A stretch of DNA of 64,000 bases from Streptosporangiaceae bacterium (lineage in GTDB: Bacteria > Actinomycetota > Actinomycetes > Streptosporangiales > Streptosporangiaceae): contig JAOPYK010000149.1 in assembly GCA_025964695.1 (NCBI GenBank), positions 15,278-79,277 on the forward strand, in the 5' to 3' direction. The stretch's first letter is position 1, and each line of letters opens with the position of its first letter. The notes below the pieces were generated by a model. It was not told the origin of the DNA. It did not search any database and saw only the letters and a program-made list of their open reading frames with translations. Position numbers and translations under genes: made by a program. Below, piece by piece: positions 18,224-27,593 of this stretch.

Positions 18224-18397
18224 CTATGCAGATCGTTTGATGTCACTCCGGACCTGGTCGGCGATGTCGTGGATCCGCTGCTCGGTATCGCGTAGCTTGA
18301 CCTCGGCCCTCTCGGTGCGCTGGGCGGCCCGGCGTTCTCGCCAGGTCGGCTTCAGATTCGTGCGGCCCGATCGCTTCGATCGCTTGAAAAGCCCCAT
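18224..18397 (-). CDS. Putative 57-aa basic small protein
   Basis: MGLFKRSKRSG...RDTEQRIHDIADQVRSDIKRSA with GAGGGAG 8 nt upstream of the ATG; no family recognised. Confidence 0.4.
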   Translation of the reverse strand: MGLFKRSKRSGRTNLKPTWRERRAAQRTERAEVKLRDTEQRIHDIADQVRSDIKRSA

Positions 18398-18653
18398 ATC
18401 GCCAACTCCCTCGGCACCTCTTCGCTTCGTCCGGTGTTGCGGTCGGAGAGTCCCCGGATATGTCGACTTCATGCCGGTACCCCTGCTGACCTCGGTGGAA
18501 CACGGGCCGACCAGGGGCTCTGCCGCGGGGGAACGGAGGGGTTCTCCGGGACGTGCGGAGTTCGGGGAATGCCGAGCGACATGGCAGGGTTGTGCCGTAC
18601 GGGACCACGGCGTCCCCCCTCAGAACGACCCGACCCAGCGCAGGAGAACCACC

Positions 18654-19835
18654 GTGTCGTTGCCACCTCTGGTCGAGCCCGCAGCGGAGCTGACCGTCGA
18701 TGAGGTACGCCGCTACTCGCGGCACCTGATCATTCCCGATGTCGGGATGGCCGGGCAGAAACGCCTCAAGAACGCCCGGGTGCTCTGCGTGGGAGCAGGC
18801 GGGCTGGGCTCGCCCGCCCTCATGTACTTGGCCGCGGCCGGCGTCGGGACCCTCGGGGTGATCGACTTCGACACCGTCGACGAGTCCAACCTGCAGCGTC
18901 AGATCATCCACGGCCAGTCCGACGTCGGCCGCTCCAAGGCCGAGTCGGCCGCCTCCACCGTGCGGGAGATCAACCCGCTGGTCAACGTGGTCGTGCACAA
19001 TGAGGCGCTGACCAACGACAACGTCATGGAGCTCTTCGCTCAGTACGACCTGATCGTCGACGGCACGGACAACTTCGCCACCCGGTACATGGTCAACGAC
19101 GCGGCGGTGCTGCTGGGCAAGCCGTACGTCTGGGGTTCGATCTACCGGTTCGATGGCCAGGCCAGCGTCTTCTGGGCCGAGCACGGACCGTGCTACCGCT
19201 GCCTCTACCCCGAGCCGCCGCCTCCTGGCATGGTGCCCTCGTGCGCCGAGGGCGGAGTGCTCGGTGTGCTGTGCGCGTCGATCGGCTCCATCCAGGTCAA
19301 CGAGGCCATCAAGCTGCTGACGGGCATCGGCGAGCCGCTGGTCGGCCGGCTGATGATCTACGACGCCCTGGAAATGACCTACCGTCAGGTCAAGGTCCGC
19401 AAGGACCCCGAATGCCCCCTCTGCGGCAAGAACCCGACGATCACAGAACTGCTCGAGGACTACGAGGCCTTCTGCGGCGCGGTCTCGGAGGAGGCCTCCG
19501 AGGCGGCCGCCGGGTCCACCATCACGGCCCGTGAGCTCAAGGACATGCAGGACCGTGGGGAGGACATCTTCCTGGTCGACGTCCGGGAGATCAACGAGTA
19601 CGAGATCGTCTCCATCCCGGGTGCGACGCTGATCCCCAAGGGCGAGTTCCTCAACGGCTCGGCACTGGAACTGCTGCCCCACGACAAAAAGATCGTTTTG
19701 CACTGCAAGTCGGGGGTGCGCAGTGCGGAGGCGCTGGCCGTGGTGAAGAACGCGGGCTTCTCCGACGCCGTGCACGTGGGCGGCGGCGTACTGGCCTGGG
19801 TCAGCCAGATCGACCCCTCGCTGCCGAGTTACTGA
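18654..19835 (+). CDS. moeZ: Adenylyltransferase/sulfurtransferase (ThiF + rhodanese)
   Basis: RYSRHLIIP, GAGGLGS, SNLQRQ, CYRC, CPLC, rhodanese HCKSGVRS; SD aggaga before GTG 18654. Confidence 0.96.
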   Translation: MSLPPLVEPAAELTVDEVRRYSRHLIIPDVGMAGQKRLKNARVLCVGAGGLGSPALMYLAAAGVGTLGVIDFDTVDESNLQRQIIHGQSDVGRSKAESAASTVREINPLVNVVVHNEALTNDNVMELFAQYDLIVDGTDNFATRYMVNDAAVLLGKPYVWGSIYRFDGQASVFWAEHGPCYRCLYPEPPPPGMVPSCAEGGVLGVLCASIGSIQVNEAIKLLTGIGEPLVGRLMIYDALEMTYRQVKVRKDPECPLCGKNPTITELLEDYEAFCGAVSEEASEAAAGSTITARELKDMQDRGEDIFLVDVREINEYEIVSIPGATLIPKGEFLNGSALELLPHDKKIVLHCKSGVRSAEALAVVKNAGFSDAVHVGGGVLAWVSQIDPSLPSY

Positions 19836-19844
19836 TCCGTACCC

Positions 19845-19884
19845 ACGACGACGCCCCGGGACCGGCGCCCCGGGGCGTCGTCGT
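19845..19884 (+). terminator. 16-bp perfect hairpin after moeZ
   Basis: acgacgacgccccggg...cccggggcgtcgtcgt. Confidence 0.75.
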
Positions 19885-19930
19885 ATGTCGTGACATGCCC
19901 GTGCCCCGTTCCCCCGTGCCTAGGCACCCG

Positions 19931-19978
19931 CATGATGTTGCGTGGTCCCCCTTCTGAGGGGGACGCCCCAACATCATG
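19931..19978. repeat. REP-like element copy 2
   Basis: catgatgttg-cgtg-gtccccc-ttctga-gggggac-gccc-caacatcatg, same 10-4-7-6-7-4-10 layout as 4308-4355. Confidence 0.8.
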
Positions 19979-19995
19979 TGCAGGCCACCCGGGGG

Positions 19996-20294
19996 GCCTC
20001 GCCACGCACTGGCAACTCGCCACACCCGGGGGCTCGCCACACCCGGGGACTCGCCGAGCCCGGGACTCGTCACGCCTGAGAACTTGCCACAGCCGGGAAC
20101 CCGCTACGCCCGGGAGCCGCCATGCCAGGGACTCGCCATGCCCGGGAGCCGCAACGCCTGGGAGCCGCAACGCCTGGGACTCGCCGTGCCGGGGAACCGT
20201 AACGCCTGAGAACCCGCCACGGTTCCGGCACGCCACGGTTCGGGCACGCCACGGTCAGGCCGGGCCACGACCACGACCACGACCACGACCACGA
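19996..20294. repeat. Composite minisatellite tract
   Basis: About 14 degenerate 16-17 bp units (gactcgccatgcccgg-like), then about 3 gccacggtt..ggcac units, then ccacga x5. Confidence 0.8.
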
Positions 20295-20314
20295 GCGTTG
20301 GCGTGGGACGGGAC

Positions 20315-21034
20315 CTATGTGAGGTCGTGGGTGAGGCCGAGGCGCTCGGCGAGATCGTGCATCATGAGGTCGAACATCGGGCCCGACTCGTCCAGGGCGA
20401 AGCTCATGTGCCCGAAGACCTCCAGCGTGACGAATCCCTGCAGCCGGATCCAGCAGCTGAGGAACACCACGATGACCCCGCTGGGCAGGTCGGGGACGCC
20501 TAGATGGCCGCGGTAGCGCTCGATCTGCGTCCGCAGTGCCGGATCGATCTCGTCGTCGGCGGGCACCGGGAACGGCTTGACACGCCACAGCTCCAGAAAG
20601 AGAGCGACGAAGGTGCGGCCGAAGCGACGCCCGCACTCGGCCGTCCAGTCCTCCTCGGCACCGGCCTCCCCGCTGGGCAGGGGCGTGCCGAAGAGCAGTG
20701 CGTACTCGCGCCGGTGGTCGAGCGCCCAGCGCCGGAACTCGACGGACGCGGCGAGGAACTTGCCCTTGAGAAAATCCTCGGGCACCCCGCGGATCGCGCC
20801 CTCGATGTCGTCGGTGAGTTCGGTGAACAGATCGCCGGCGATGTGGCGCAGCAGTTCCTGATGGCTGTCGAAGTAGCGGTAGAGAGCCGGCGCCGTCATC
20901 CCCATCTCGCGGGCGATCGCACGGAGCGTCACCGCGTCCGGGCCCTCCCGGACGAGGATGCGCCGCGCGGTCTGGGTGATCTCGCGCACGGTCGCCGCGC
21001 GCAGCCGGTCGCGTCGTGTCCCGGTTTGGTGCAT
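20315..21034 (-). CDS. TetR family regulator with WHG-type C-terminal domain
   Basis: VTLRAIAREMGMTAPALYRYF HTH; WALDHRREYALLFG; WIRLQGFVTLE. Confidence 0.9.
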   Translation of the reverse strand: MHQTGTRRDRLRAATVREITQTARRILVREGPDAVTLRAIAREMGMTAPALYRYFDSHQELLRHIAGDLFTELTDDIEGAIRGVPEDFLKGKFLAASVEFRRWALDHRREYALLFGTPLPSGEAGAEEDWTAECGRRFGRTFVALFLELWRVKPFPVPADDEIDPALRTQIERYRGHLGVPDLPSGVIVVFLSCWIRLQGFVTLEVFGHMSFALDESGPMFDLMMHDLAERLGLTHDLT

Positions 21035-21095
21035 CACGTCACCTCCTTCCCGGGATCGGCTCGGTGGTGTCACCGATGTTCCCGCATCATGCCCG

Positions 21096-21164
21096 ACGAA
21101 CACTATTGACGGAAGTGAACGCCGTATGCGAGGTTAACACTGTTCGTGAGTTAACAGTGTTCAT
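21096..21164. promoter_or_regulatory. Array of 3-4 imperfect palindromic operator-like sites between divergent TetR and MMPL
   Basis: acgaacactattgac, gtgaacgccgtatgc, gttaacactgttcgt, gttaacagtgttcat (AAC-N3-GTT core) at 17-19 bp spacing. Confidence 0.6.
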
Positions 21165-21202
21165 TTCGGTAACGGTGAGTAGCGACTTTTTGGGAGGAAG
21201 CG

Positions 21203-23380
21203 ATGTTCGAGGCATGGGGCCGGTTCGTGCACAGACGAAGGTGGCCGATCCTCGCGCTGGCGTTCGCGGCCATCGCGTTCATGGCCATCTGGGGTACGGG
21301 GGTGTTCGGCGCGCTCACCTCGACCGGCGGATTCGACGTTCCGGGCAGTGGCAGTGTCAAGGCCTCCGAGACCGCCCAGCGCCAGCTCGGGCGCTCCGAA
21401 GCCGACGTGGTGGTGCTCTACCGCGACCCGGCGGGCCGCACGATCGACGACCCCGCCTACAAGGCGGCCGTCACCGGCTCCCTCGGCGCGCTGCCGAAGG
21501 ACAAGGTGGCCGCCACGACGACGTACTGGTCGGCCGGCGCACCCGCTCTGGTGAGCAAGGACCGCAAGGCGACCTACGCGGTACTGCAGCTGACCGGCGC
21601 CGACGACAAGGCACGCCAGGACGACTACGACGCCATCAAGGACAGGCTGGGCGCGCCCGGGCTCACCACCCGGATCGGCGGGACCGTGCCGACCGCGGAA
21701 AAGATCAACACTCAGGTGAGCAGTGACATCGGCAAGGCCGACGCGATCTCGTTCCCGGTGCTTTTGATTCTGCTGGTGGTCATCCTCGGTGGCCTGGCCG
21801 CGGCGAGCCTTCCGCTGGCCATCGGCGCCACGGCGATCCTGGGTTCCTTCACTGCGCTGCGCCTGCTCACCTACGGGACCGATGTCTCGATCTTCGCCAT
21901 CAACATCACGATCTTCCTCGGGCTGGGGCTGGCCATCGACTACGGCCTGTTCATGGTGGCCAGATTCCGGGAGGAGCTGCGCCGGTCGAACGACACCGAG
22001 GAGGCACTGGCGCGCACGATGGCCACCGCCGGACGTACCGTCGCGGTCTCCGGAATCACGGTCGCGGTGTCCATGTCCGGGCTGCTGCTCTTTCCCATGC
22101 TGTTCCTGCGGTCGATGGGGTTCGGCGGGATCGCCACCGTGGCCGTGGACATGCTGGCGGCGCTCACGATCATGCCCGCCCTGCTGGCGGTGCTCGGCCC
22201 GCGGGTCGACTCGCTGCGGGTGCCCTTCCTCCGGCGCTCGGCGCCGAAGGAGCAGGGCGCGTGGTTCAGGCTCGCGCAGGGCGTCATGCGGCGCCCGATC
22301 CTGGCCATCGTGGGTACGGTCGCGCTCCTGCTCGCTCTGGGCCTGCCCTTCCTGCGCATCACCTGGGGCGGGGTGGACTCGCGGGTGCTTCCCTCCGGCG
22401 CCGAGTCGCGGGTGGTCGCCGAGGCGCTCGACCAGGACTTCACCCGCAACGCCACCAGCCCCATCCAGGTCGTGCTGACCGGACGGCCGGATCAGGCCGG
22501 GCCGTACGCCGACCGGCTCAGGAAGGTACCGGGCGTGACCGGTGCCCAGCTGACCGGTGCCCGCGGCGACACCTCGCGGATCTCCCTGTCGTACCAGGGC
22601 GAGACCCTGTCCGACCAGGCCCGCGGCATCGTGGCGAAGGTGCGGGACGTGCCGCCGCCCGCCGGTACGCAGGCGTACGTCGGCGGTCAGAGCGCGGAGA
22701 TGGCCGACCAGCTCGACAGTCTCGGTGCCAACCTGCCCTGGCTGGGTCTCGTGGTGGGAGCGGGCACGTTCCTGCTGCTCTTCCTGGCCTTCGGCTCGGT
22801 GGTGCTGCCGATCAAGGCAATGATCATGAACATGCTGTCGTTGTCGGCGATGTACGGCGTACTGGTGTGGATCTTCCAGGACGGCCACTTGTCCGGTCTG
22901 CTGGACTTCACCGCGACCGGGAGCATCGCCCCGGCCATGCCGATCGTCCTGCTGGCCCTGGTGTTCGGCCTGTCCATGGACTACGAGGTGTTCCTGCTGT
23001 CCCGGGTCCGGGAACGGTACGACGCGACCGGCGACAACACCAGAGCGGTCGCGGAGGGCCTGCAGCGGACCGGCGGGATCATCAGCAGCGCCGCGTTGCT
23101 GCTGCTCGTGGTGATCGGAGCATTCTCCGGCTCCGGCATCTCATTCATCAAGCTCACCGGCGTCGGAATGATCATCGCGCTGGTCGTCGATGTGACGATC
23201 GTCCGGGCCGTGCTGGTGCCCGCCACGATGCGCGTGCTCGGCCGTGTCAATTGGTGGGCGCCCGGCCCGCTGGGCAGGCTCTACACCCGCTATGGGATCG
23301 GAGAAGGTGCCTCAGAGGTCGTCGTCGCCGACAGGCCGAAGGGCGACACGCCGCCCAGGCTCGAGTCGGCCTCCGCCTGA
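21203..23380 (+). CDS. MMPL family transporter
   Basis: GLGLAIDYGLF, ATAGRTVAVSG, FGLSMDYEVFLLSR, TGGIISSAA; two TM repeats. Confidence 0.95.
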   Translation: MFEAWGRFVHRRRWPILALAFAAIAFMAIWGTGVFGALTSTGGFDVPGSGSVKASETAQRQLGRSEADVVVLYRDPAGRTIDDPAYKAAVTGSLGALPKDKVAATTTYWSAGAPALVSKDRKATYAVLQLTGADDKARQDDYDAIKDRLGAPGLTTRIGGTVPTAEKINTQVSSDIGKADAISFPVLLILLVVILGGLAAASLPLAIGATAILGSFTALRLLTYGTDVSIFAINITIFLGLGLAIDYGLFMVARFREELRRSNDTEEALARTMATAGRTVAVSGITVAVSMSGLLLFPMLFLRSMGFGGIATVAVDMLAALTIMPALLAVLGPRVDSLRVPFLRRSAPKEQGAWFRLAQGVMRRPILAIVGTVALLLALGLPFLRITWGGVDSRVLPSGAESRVVAEALDQDFTRNATSPIQVVLTGRPDQAGPYADRLRKVPGVTGAQLTGARGDTSRISLSYQGETLSDQARGIVAKVRDVPPPAGTQAYVGGQSAEMADQLDSLGANLPWLGLVVGAGTFLLLFLAFGSVVLPIKAMIMNMLSLSAMYGVLVWIFQDGHLSGLLDFTATGSIAPAMPIVLLALVFGLSMDYEVFLLSRVRERYDATGDNTRAVAEGLQRTGGIISSAALLLLVVIGAFSGSGISFIKLTGVGMIIALVVDVTIVRAVLVPATMRVLGRVNWWAPGPLGRLYTRYGIGEGASEVVVADRPKGDTPPRLESASA

Positions 23381-23390
23381 CCTCCCGCCC

Positions 23391-23424
23391 GCCGTGATCA
23401 TGCGTTCGATCCCGTGATCACGGC
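23391..23424. repeat. GTGATCA-armed palindrome
   Basis: gccgtgatca...tgatcacggc directly after the MMPL stop. Confidence 0.7.
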
Positions 23425-23433
23425 GGGTGGGCG

Positions 23434-24192
23434 GTGGAGCGGGAAAGCGCAGTTGGCGGCTACGCTCCAACTGTGGCGGATCGTGTTCTGGGTCTCGGGG
23501 GCAGACAGTGGCTGGTCGTCGCCGCGTGCGTCGCCGCCGGTTATCTGTTGCTGAGCACCGTCGCCCTCGCCGGTCTCTGGACGAACCTGCACCGCGCGCC
23601 CACCAACGCCGAACTCCAGCAGGCGGCGAACGTCGAGGTGGCGGGTCGCTGGGAGTCCTGGACGGCCGGCCAGATCTTCCCCGACCGGCTGCCCTACGAG
23701 GTCGTCGGGGAGGGCGAGTACGCCCGCCGGGTCGGAATGGACTCCCGCACGGACTGCACCGGCACAGTCGACCAGGCGATCGTCCCGATCCTGGCCCGGC
23801 ACGGTTGCCGGGCCGTGCTGCGCGCCACCTACCTGGACCAGCTTGAGGGCATCGTGGTCACGGTCGGTGTGGTGGCCTTCCCGGACGAGCAGTCGGCCTA
23901 TCAGGCCCGCAAGGAACTGGCCGGCGATCCGACGTCCCTGCGCGCGCTGCCGCTGCCGGGCACCGCGGCCGCCCGGTTCACCGACCCCGCGCGGCAGGAC
24001 GGGTCGGCGGAGCGGGCCGGACCGTACATCGTCCTCACCACGGCCGGTCAGACCGACGGGCGCCCGGCCACCACCGTCCGCAAGGGCCGTGAGGGGATCT
24101 TCGACGTGGCGCCGCAGCTCGCGCACGCGATCGGCGTACCGCTGGCGCAGCGAGCACTGCCGGACTGCAAGGCCAAGGAGTGGACATGCTGA
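23434..24192 (+). CDS. Membrane-anchored 4-Cys hypothetical protein (subtilase partner 1); start uncertain
   Basis: N-terminal TM; RW...AGQIFP, GCRAVLRATYLDQ, TVGVVAFPDE, DGRP, CKAKEWTC-stop; paralog of 25480 and 27594. Confidence 0.8.
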   Translation: MERESAVGGYAPTVADRVLGLGGRQWLVVAACVAAGYLLLSTVALAGLWTNLHRAPTNAELQQAANVEVAGRWESWTAGQIFPDRLPYEVVGEGEYARRVGMDSRTDCTGTVDQAIVPILARHGCRAVLRATYLDQLEGIVVTVGVVAFPDEQSAYQARKELAGDPTSLRALPLPGTAAARFTDPARQDGSAERAGPYIVLTTAGQTDGRPATTVRKGREGIFDVAPQLAHAIGVPLAQRALPDCKAKEWTC

Positions 24193-25439
24193 GACGCTCG
24201 CTGTCCGTCCTGGTCGCCGCGGTGCTCGTCGTGGCCCCTGGCCTGCCGTCCCGTCCGGCGTCCGCCGACGTCGTCCGTGACAGGCAGCAGGCGATGCTCA
24301 CGACTCTCGATCTGGCCACGGCCTGGCGGACGACGCGAGGCACCGGCGTCACGGTCGGGGTCGTGGACACCGGGGTGGACGCCGGGAATCTCGACTTCAA
24401 GGGTGCGGTGACCACGGGACCGAACTTCCTTCAGAACATCGACAGAGGCACGGCGCCCAAGCGGTTGCACGGAACGGCGATGGCCTCGCTGATCGCGGGG
24501 CGCGGGCACGGCACGGGGAACCGCGACGGAGTCGTCGGGGTCGCCCCGGAGGCCCGGGTCGTAGCCGTACGGGCCCTCGGCGAGAAGGAGGACGCCAGCT
24601 TCAAGTCCTACCAGGCCGACCTGGAGGCGGAGTCCACCGCGATCGCCGGGGGGATCAGGTATGTCGTAGACCATGGCGCCGACGTGATCAACCTGTCGCT
24701 TGGCTCGTACGGCCGGGGCACGGACATCCGCCGGGCGGTGGCCTACGCCATCGACCACAACGTGGTCGTCGTCGCGGCCGTGGGCAATGACGGCGACAGC
24801 CGCCGCAAGGTCGACGACAACGGCTTCGCGCCGTACAGCTACCCGGCGGCGTACCCGGGGGTCATCGGAGTGGCGGCCACCGACCCCAGGCATGAGCGGG
24901 CCTTCTTCTCCAACCGGAACTACTCGGCGCTGGTGGCGGCTCCGGGTGCGGAACTGCCCGCGGGCCTGCCCGGGAACGGCTACGAGCTCGTCTCAGGGAC
25001 CAGCCCGGCCACCGCACTGGTCTCCGGGACCGCGGCCCTGATCCGCGCCCGCTATCACAAGCTGGCACCGCCCCTGGTCGCCCAGGCACTGCTGACCGGC
25101 ACCACGCACCGGCCGGGAAGCGGCTACGACGCGGACGTCGGATACGGCGAAATCAATGCGGCCCGGGCACTGGAGGCGGCGGCGAAGCTCGCCGGTTACA
25201 CGGCCGCCGGCCCGACGGGCATCCCGGCCGGGAGCAGGTTCGTCGAGAAGAAACCGGGCCCGGTACACGTCATCCCGCGCCCCGCCTGGTTCACCGGCGG
25301 GGTCTTCACCGTCGGCCTGGTCAGCCTGATCGGCCTCTTCGTCGCGCTGCTGACCGGGTGGCTGCTTTTCCGCCGTATCTCCGGCGGCCCTGACGCCGGG
25401 TCGCCGCCATCGGAAGCGTCGCGCGCGGCCATTCCCTGA
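24186..25439 (+). CDS. S8 subtilase, mycosin-like, intact catalytic triad
   Basis: Signal peptide (ASA-D), VDTG, HGT, GND, GTSPA, C-terminal TM + RR. Confidence 0.92.
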   Translation: MLRRSLSVLVAAVLVVAPGLPSRPASADVVRDRQQAMLTTLDLATAWRTTRGTGVTVGVVDTGVDAGNLDFKGAVTTGPNFLQNIDRGTAPKRLHGTAMASLIAGRGHGTGNRDGVVGVAPEARVVAVRALGEKEDASFKSYQADLEAESTAIAGGIRYVVDHGADVINLSLGSYGRGTDIRRAVAYAIDHNVVVVAAVGNDGDSRRKVDDNGFAPYSYPAAYPGVIGVAATDPRHERAFFSNRNYSALVAAPGAELPAGLPGNGYELVSGTSPATALVSGTAALIRARYHKLAPPLVAQALLTGTTHRPGSGYDADVGYGEINAARALEAAAKLAGYTAAGPTGIPAGSRFVEKKPGPVHVIPRPAWFTGGVFTVGLVSLIGLFVALLTGWLLFRRISGGPDAGSPPSEASRAAIP

Positions 25440-25479
25440 TCCCGCAGGAACTGGCTTTATCCGGCGCGCTCGTGGCCTG

Positions 25480-26376
25480 GTGGCTGCTGCCCTGGCGTAT
25501 GTGCGGCCGGCGTCCACCGATGTCCATGCCGGCTGGCCGTCGGCGCGTCTCCGGTACGCCGGCCGGTCATGGGCCGGGGGCGTCTCGGTGCACGGAGGTC
25601 GGCTACCCTTCGCATTCGTGCCAGAAGTCGACATCGTGGATGAGTGGCCAGCGCCGGTTCCCGGCACTTCGAGGTGGCGGAGCCAGGTGCTGCCGGCCGG
25701 ACTGGTGGCCGCGATCTGCCTGACCGCCGTGGTGGTCGCGGGCGTTCGCATCACCGGGGAACTGACCCGTGCTCCGCACCCGGCCGAGCTTCGGCAGGCA
25801 AGCGTCCTCGAGGTCGCCCGGCGGTGGCAGACCTGGTCCGCGGGCAAGATCTTCCCGGCCACGGTCGGCTACACCCTGGAGGAGGGTGGCCCGGAGACCG
25901 CCCGGCTCGTGGGCATCGGCACCGCCGCCTCCTGCGATACCGGTCTGGATCCCGCCGCTGCCGGCGCGGTACGGCCGTACGGCTGCCGCGCGGTGCTGCG
26001 GGCCACCTACCTCGACCAGAGCCAGGGTTCGGCGATGACCGTCGGGGTGGCTGCGTTCCCCGACGAGCGATCGGCGGCGCAGGCGAAGAATGGTCTGCGG
26101 TCGGTGAAGGGCCCGGCGCGCCTCAGGGCGCTGGCGTTCCCCGACTCCGCCGTGGCCAGGTTCGCCGACTCCGCCGTACAGCGGTCGGCCGCCGCCGCGC
26201 AGAGCGGACCGTACGTCGCATTCGCGGTGATCGGCTATGCCGACGGACGGCCGCCTCCCCCGAACCGGCAGGGCGGACTGCTGCCTGATGTGGCCGATGA
26301 CCTGGCCAAGGCCGTGCTAACCCCGCTGGCCACCCCCGCCCGGGTCGACTGCGTCCAGCCGGGCTGGTCATGCTGA
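25480..26376 (+). CDS. Membrane-anchored 4-Cys hypothetical protein (subtilase partner 2); start uncertain
   Basis: TM (LVAAICLTAVVVAGV); AGKIFP, GCRAVLRATYLDQ, DGRP, CVQPGWSC-stop. Confidence 0.8.
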   Translation: MAAALAYVRPASTDVHAGWPSARLRYAGRSWAGGVSVHGGRLPFAFVPEVDIVDEWPAPVPGTSRWRSQVLPAGLVAAICLTAVVVAGVRITGELTRAPHPAELRQASVLEVARRWQTWSAGKIFPATVGYTLEEGGPETARLVGIGTAASCDTGLDPAAAGAVRPYGCRAVLRATYLDQSQGSAMTVGVAAFPDERSAAQAKNGLRSVKGPARLRALAFPDSAVARFADSAVQRSAAAAQSGPYVAFAVIGYADGRPPPPNRQGGLLPDVADDLAKAVLTPLATPARVDCVQPGWSC

Positions 26377-27551
26377 GGCGGCCGATGGCGGTCCTGGCCA
26401 CCGGTCTGCTGCTCGCTGCGAGCACCGTGGGTACGGCCCGGGCCGACCAGGTGCGCGACGACGAGGAGTCTTCTCTCAGCGCCGTAAAGGCCCGGCAGGC
26501 CTGGGACGTCAGCCGGGGCAGGGGCGTCACCGTCGCGGTGCTCGACTCCGGGGTCGACTCGGCCCAGCAGGACCTGGTGGGCTCGGTCACCACCGGCCCC
26601 GACTACACCCAGGGTGCCAACCCGCCGGGCGTGGCCCCCAAGCGTCTGCACGGCACCAACATGGCGTCGATCATCGCGGGTCACGGCCATGGACCTGGCG
26701 GCGGTGACGGGATCATCGGCGTCGCCCCCGAGGCGAGGGTCCTGTCGATCCGGGTGATCCTGGAGAACGATGAGCCGGGGTTCCAGATCTTCAACGGCAA
26801 CGAACGCTTCGACGGCTCGATCGCCAAGGGGATCCGCTACGCGGTCGACCATGGTGCGAACGTGATCAACATGTCGCTCGGCAAGGCGGACTCCACCAAG
26901 GAGGACCGGCAGGCAGTCGACTACGCGCTCTCGAAGGGCGTGGTGGTGGTCGCCGCCGCGGGCAACCAGGGCGCCACCCCGACGGCTCGCCGGGACGGTC
27001 ACGCTCCGTACTCGTATCCGGCCTCCTACCCCGGCGTCATCGCGGTGGCCGCGGTCGACGCCGCCCATCGGCACGCCGGATTCTCCAACCGCAACTCGGC
27101 CGTCGTGGTGTCCGCGCCCGGGGTCAAGGTGATCGGCGCCGGCCCGAACGACACCTACTGGGTCGGGGACGGGACCAGTCCCGCCACGGCGTTCGTCTCA
27201 GGTGTGGTGGCGCTGATCCGGTCCAGGTATCCCGGCCTCCAACCGGCGTTGGTCACCCAGGCGATCGTGGCGAGTACAGCGGCCCGGCCCTCGAGCGGTT
27301 ACGACCCCGGCGTCGGCTTCGGCGAGGTGGACGCGGTCGCAGCCCTCGCCGCCGCCCACCGGCTCACCGGTGCCAAGATGTCCGGAGTCGGACAGAGCGG
27401 CGATCGGCGTTTCGGCGGCGGTGGCGCGCTGCCGCCGATTCAGGTCATCCATCGCGACGGCGGTGCGCTGGTGACCTGGAGCGTCATCGGCACGTTCGGT
27501 CTGGTGGGGCTGATCGTGGCAGTGGGCTTCCTGGTCACCCGGCGTTCATGA
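26370..27551 (+). CDS. S8 subtilase, mycosin-like, intact catalytic triad
   Basis: Signal peptide (ARA-D), LDSG, HGT, GNQ, GTSPA, C-terminal TM + RR. Confidence 0.92.
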   Translation: MLRRPMAVLATGLLLAASTVGTARADQVRDDEESSLSAVKARQAWDVSRGRGVTVAVLDSGVDSAQQDLVGSVTTGPDYTQGANPPGVAPKRLHGTNMASIIAGHGHGPGGGDGIIGVAPEARVLSIRVILENDEPGFQIFNGNERFDGSIAKGIRYAVDHGANVINMSLGKADSTKEDRQAVDYALSKGVVVVAAAGNQGATPTARRDGHAPYSYPASYPGVIAVAAVDAAHRHAGFSNRNSAVVVSAPGVKVIGAGPNDTYWVGDGTSPATAFVSGVVALIRSRYPGLQPALVTQAIVASTAARPSSGYDPGVGFGEVDAVAALAAAHRLTGAKMSGVGQSGDRRFGGGGALPPIQVIHRDGGALVTWSVIGTFGLVGLIVAVGFLVTRRS

Positions 27552-27593
27552 GGTTGTGGATCTTCCCTCGAACGACACTTCCTGTCCGATACC

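Noticed and set aside
18138-18653. Long N-terminal extension of moeZ in the ORF track
   Set aside because: Homology begins at GTG 18654, which has a clear SD; the extension overlaps csbD and the small minus-strand ORF
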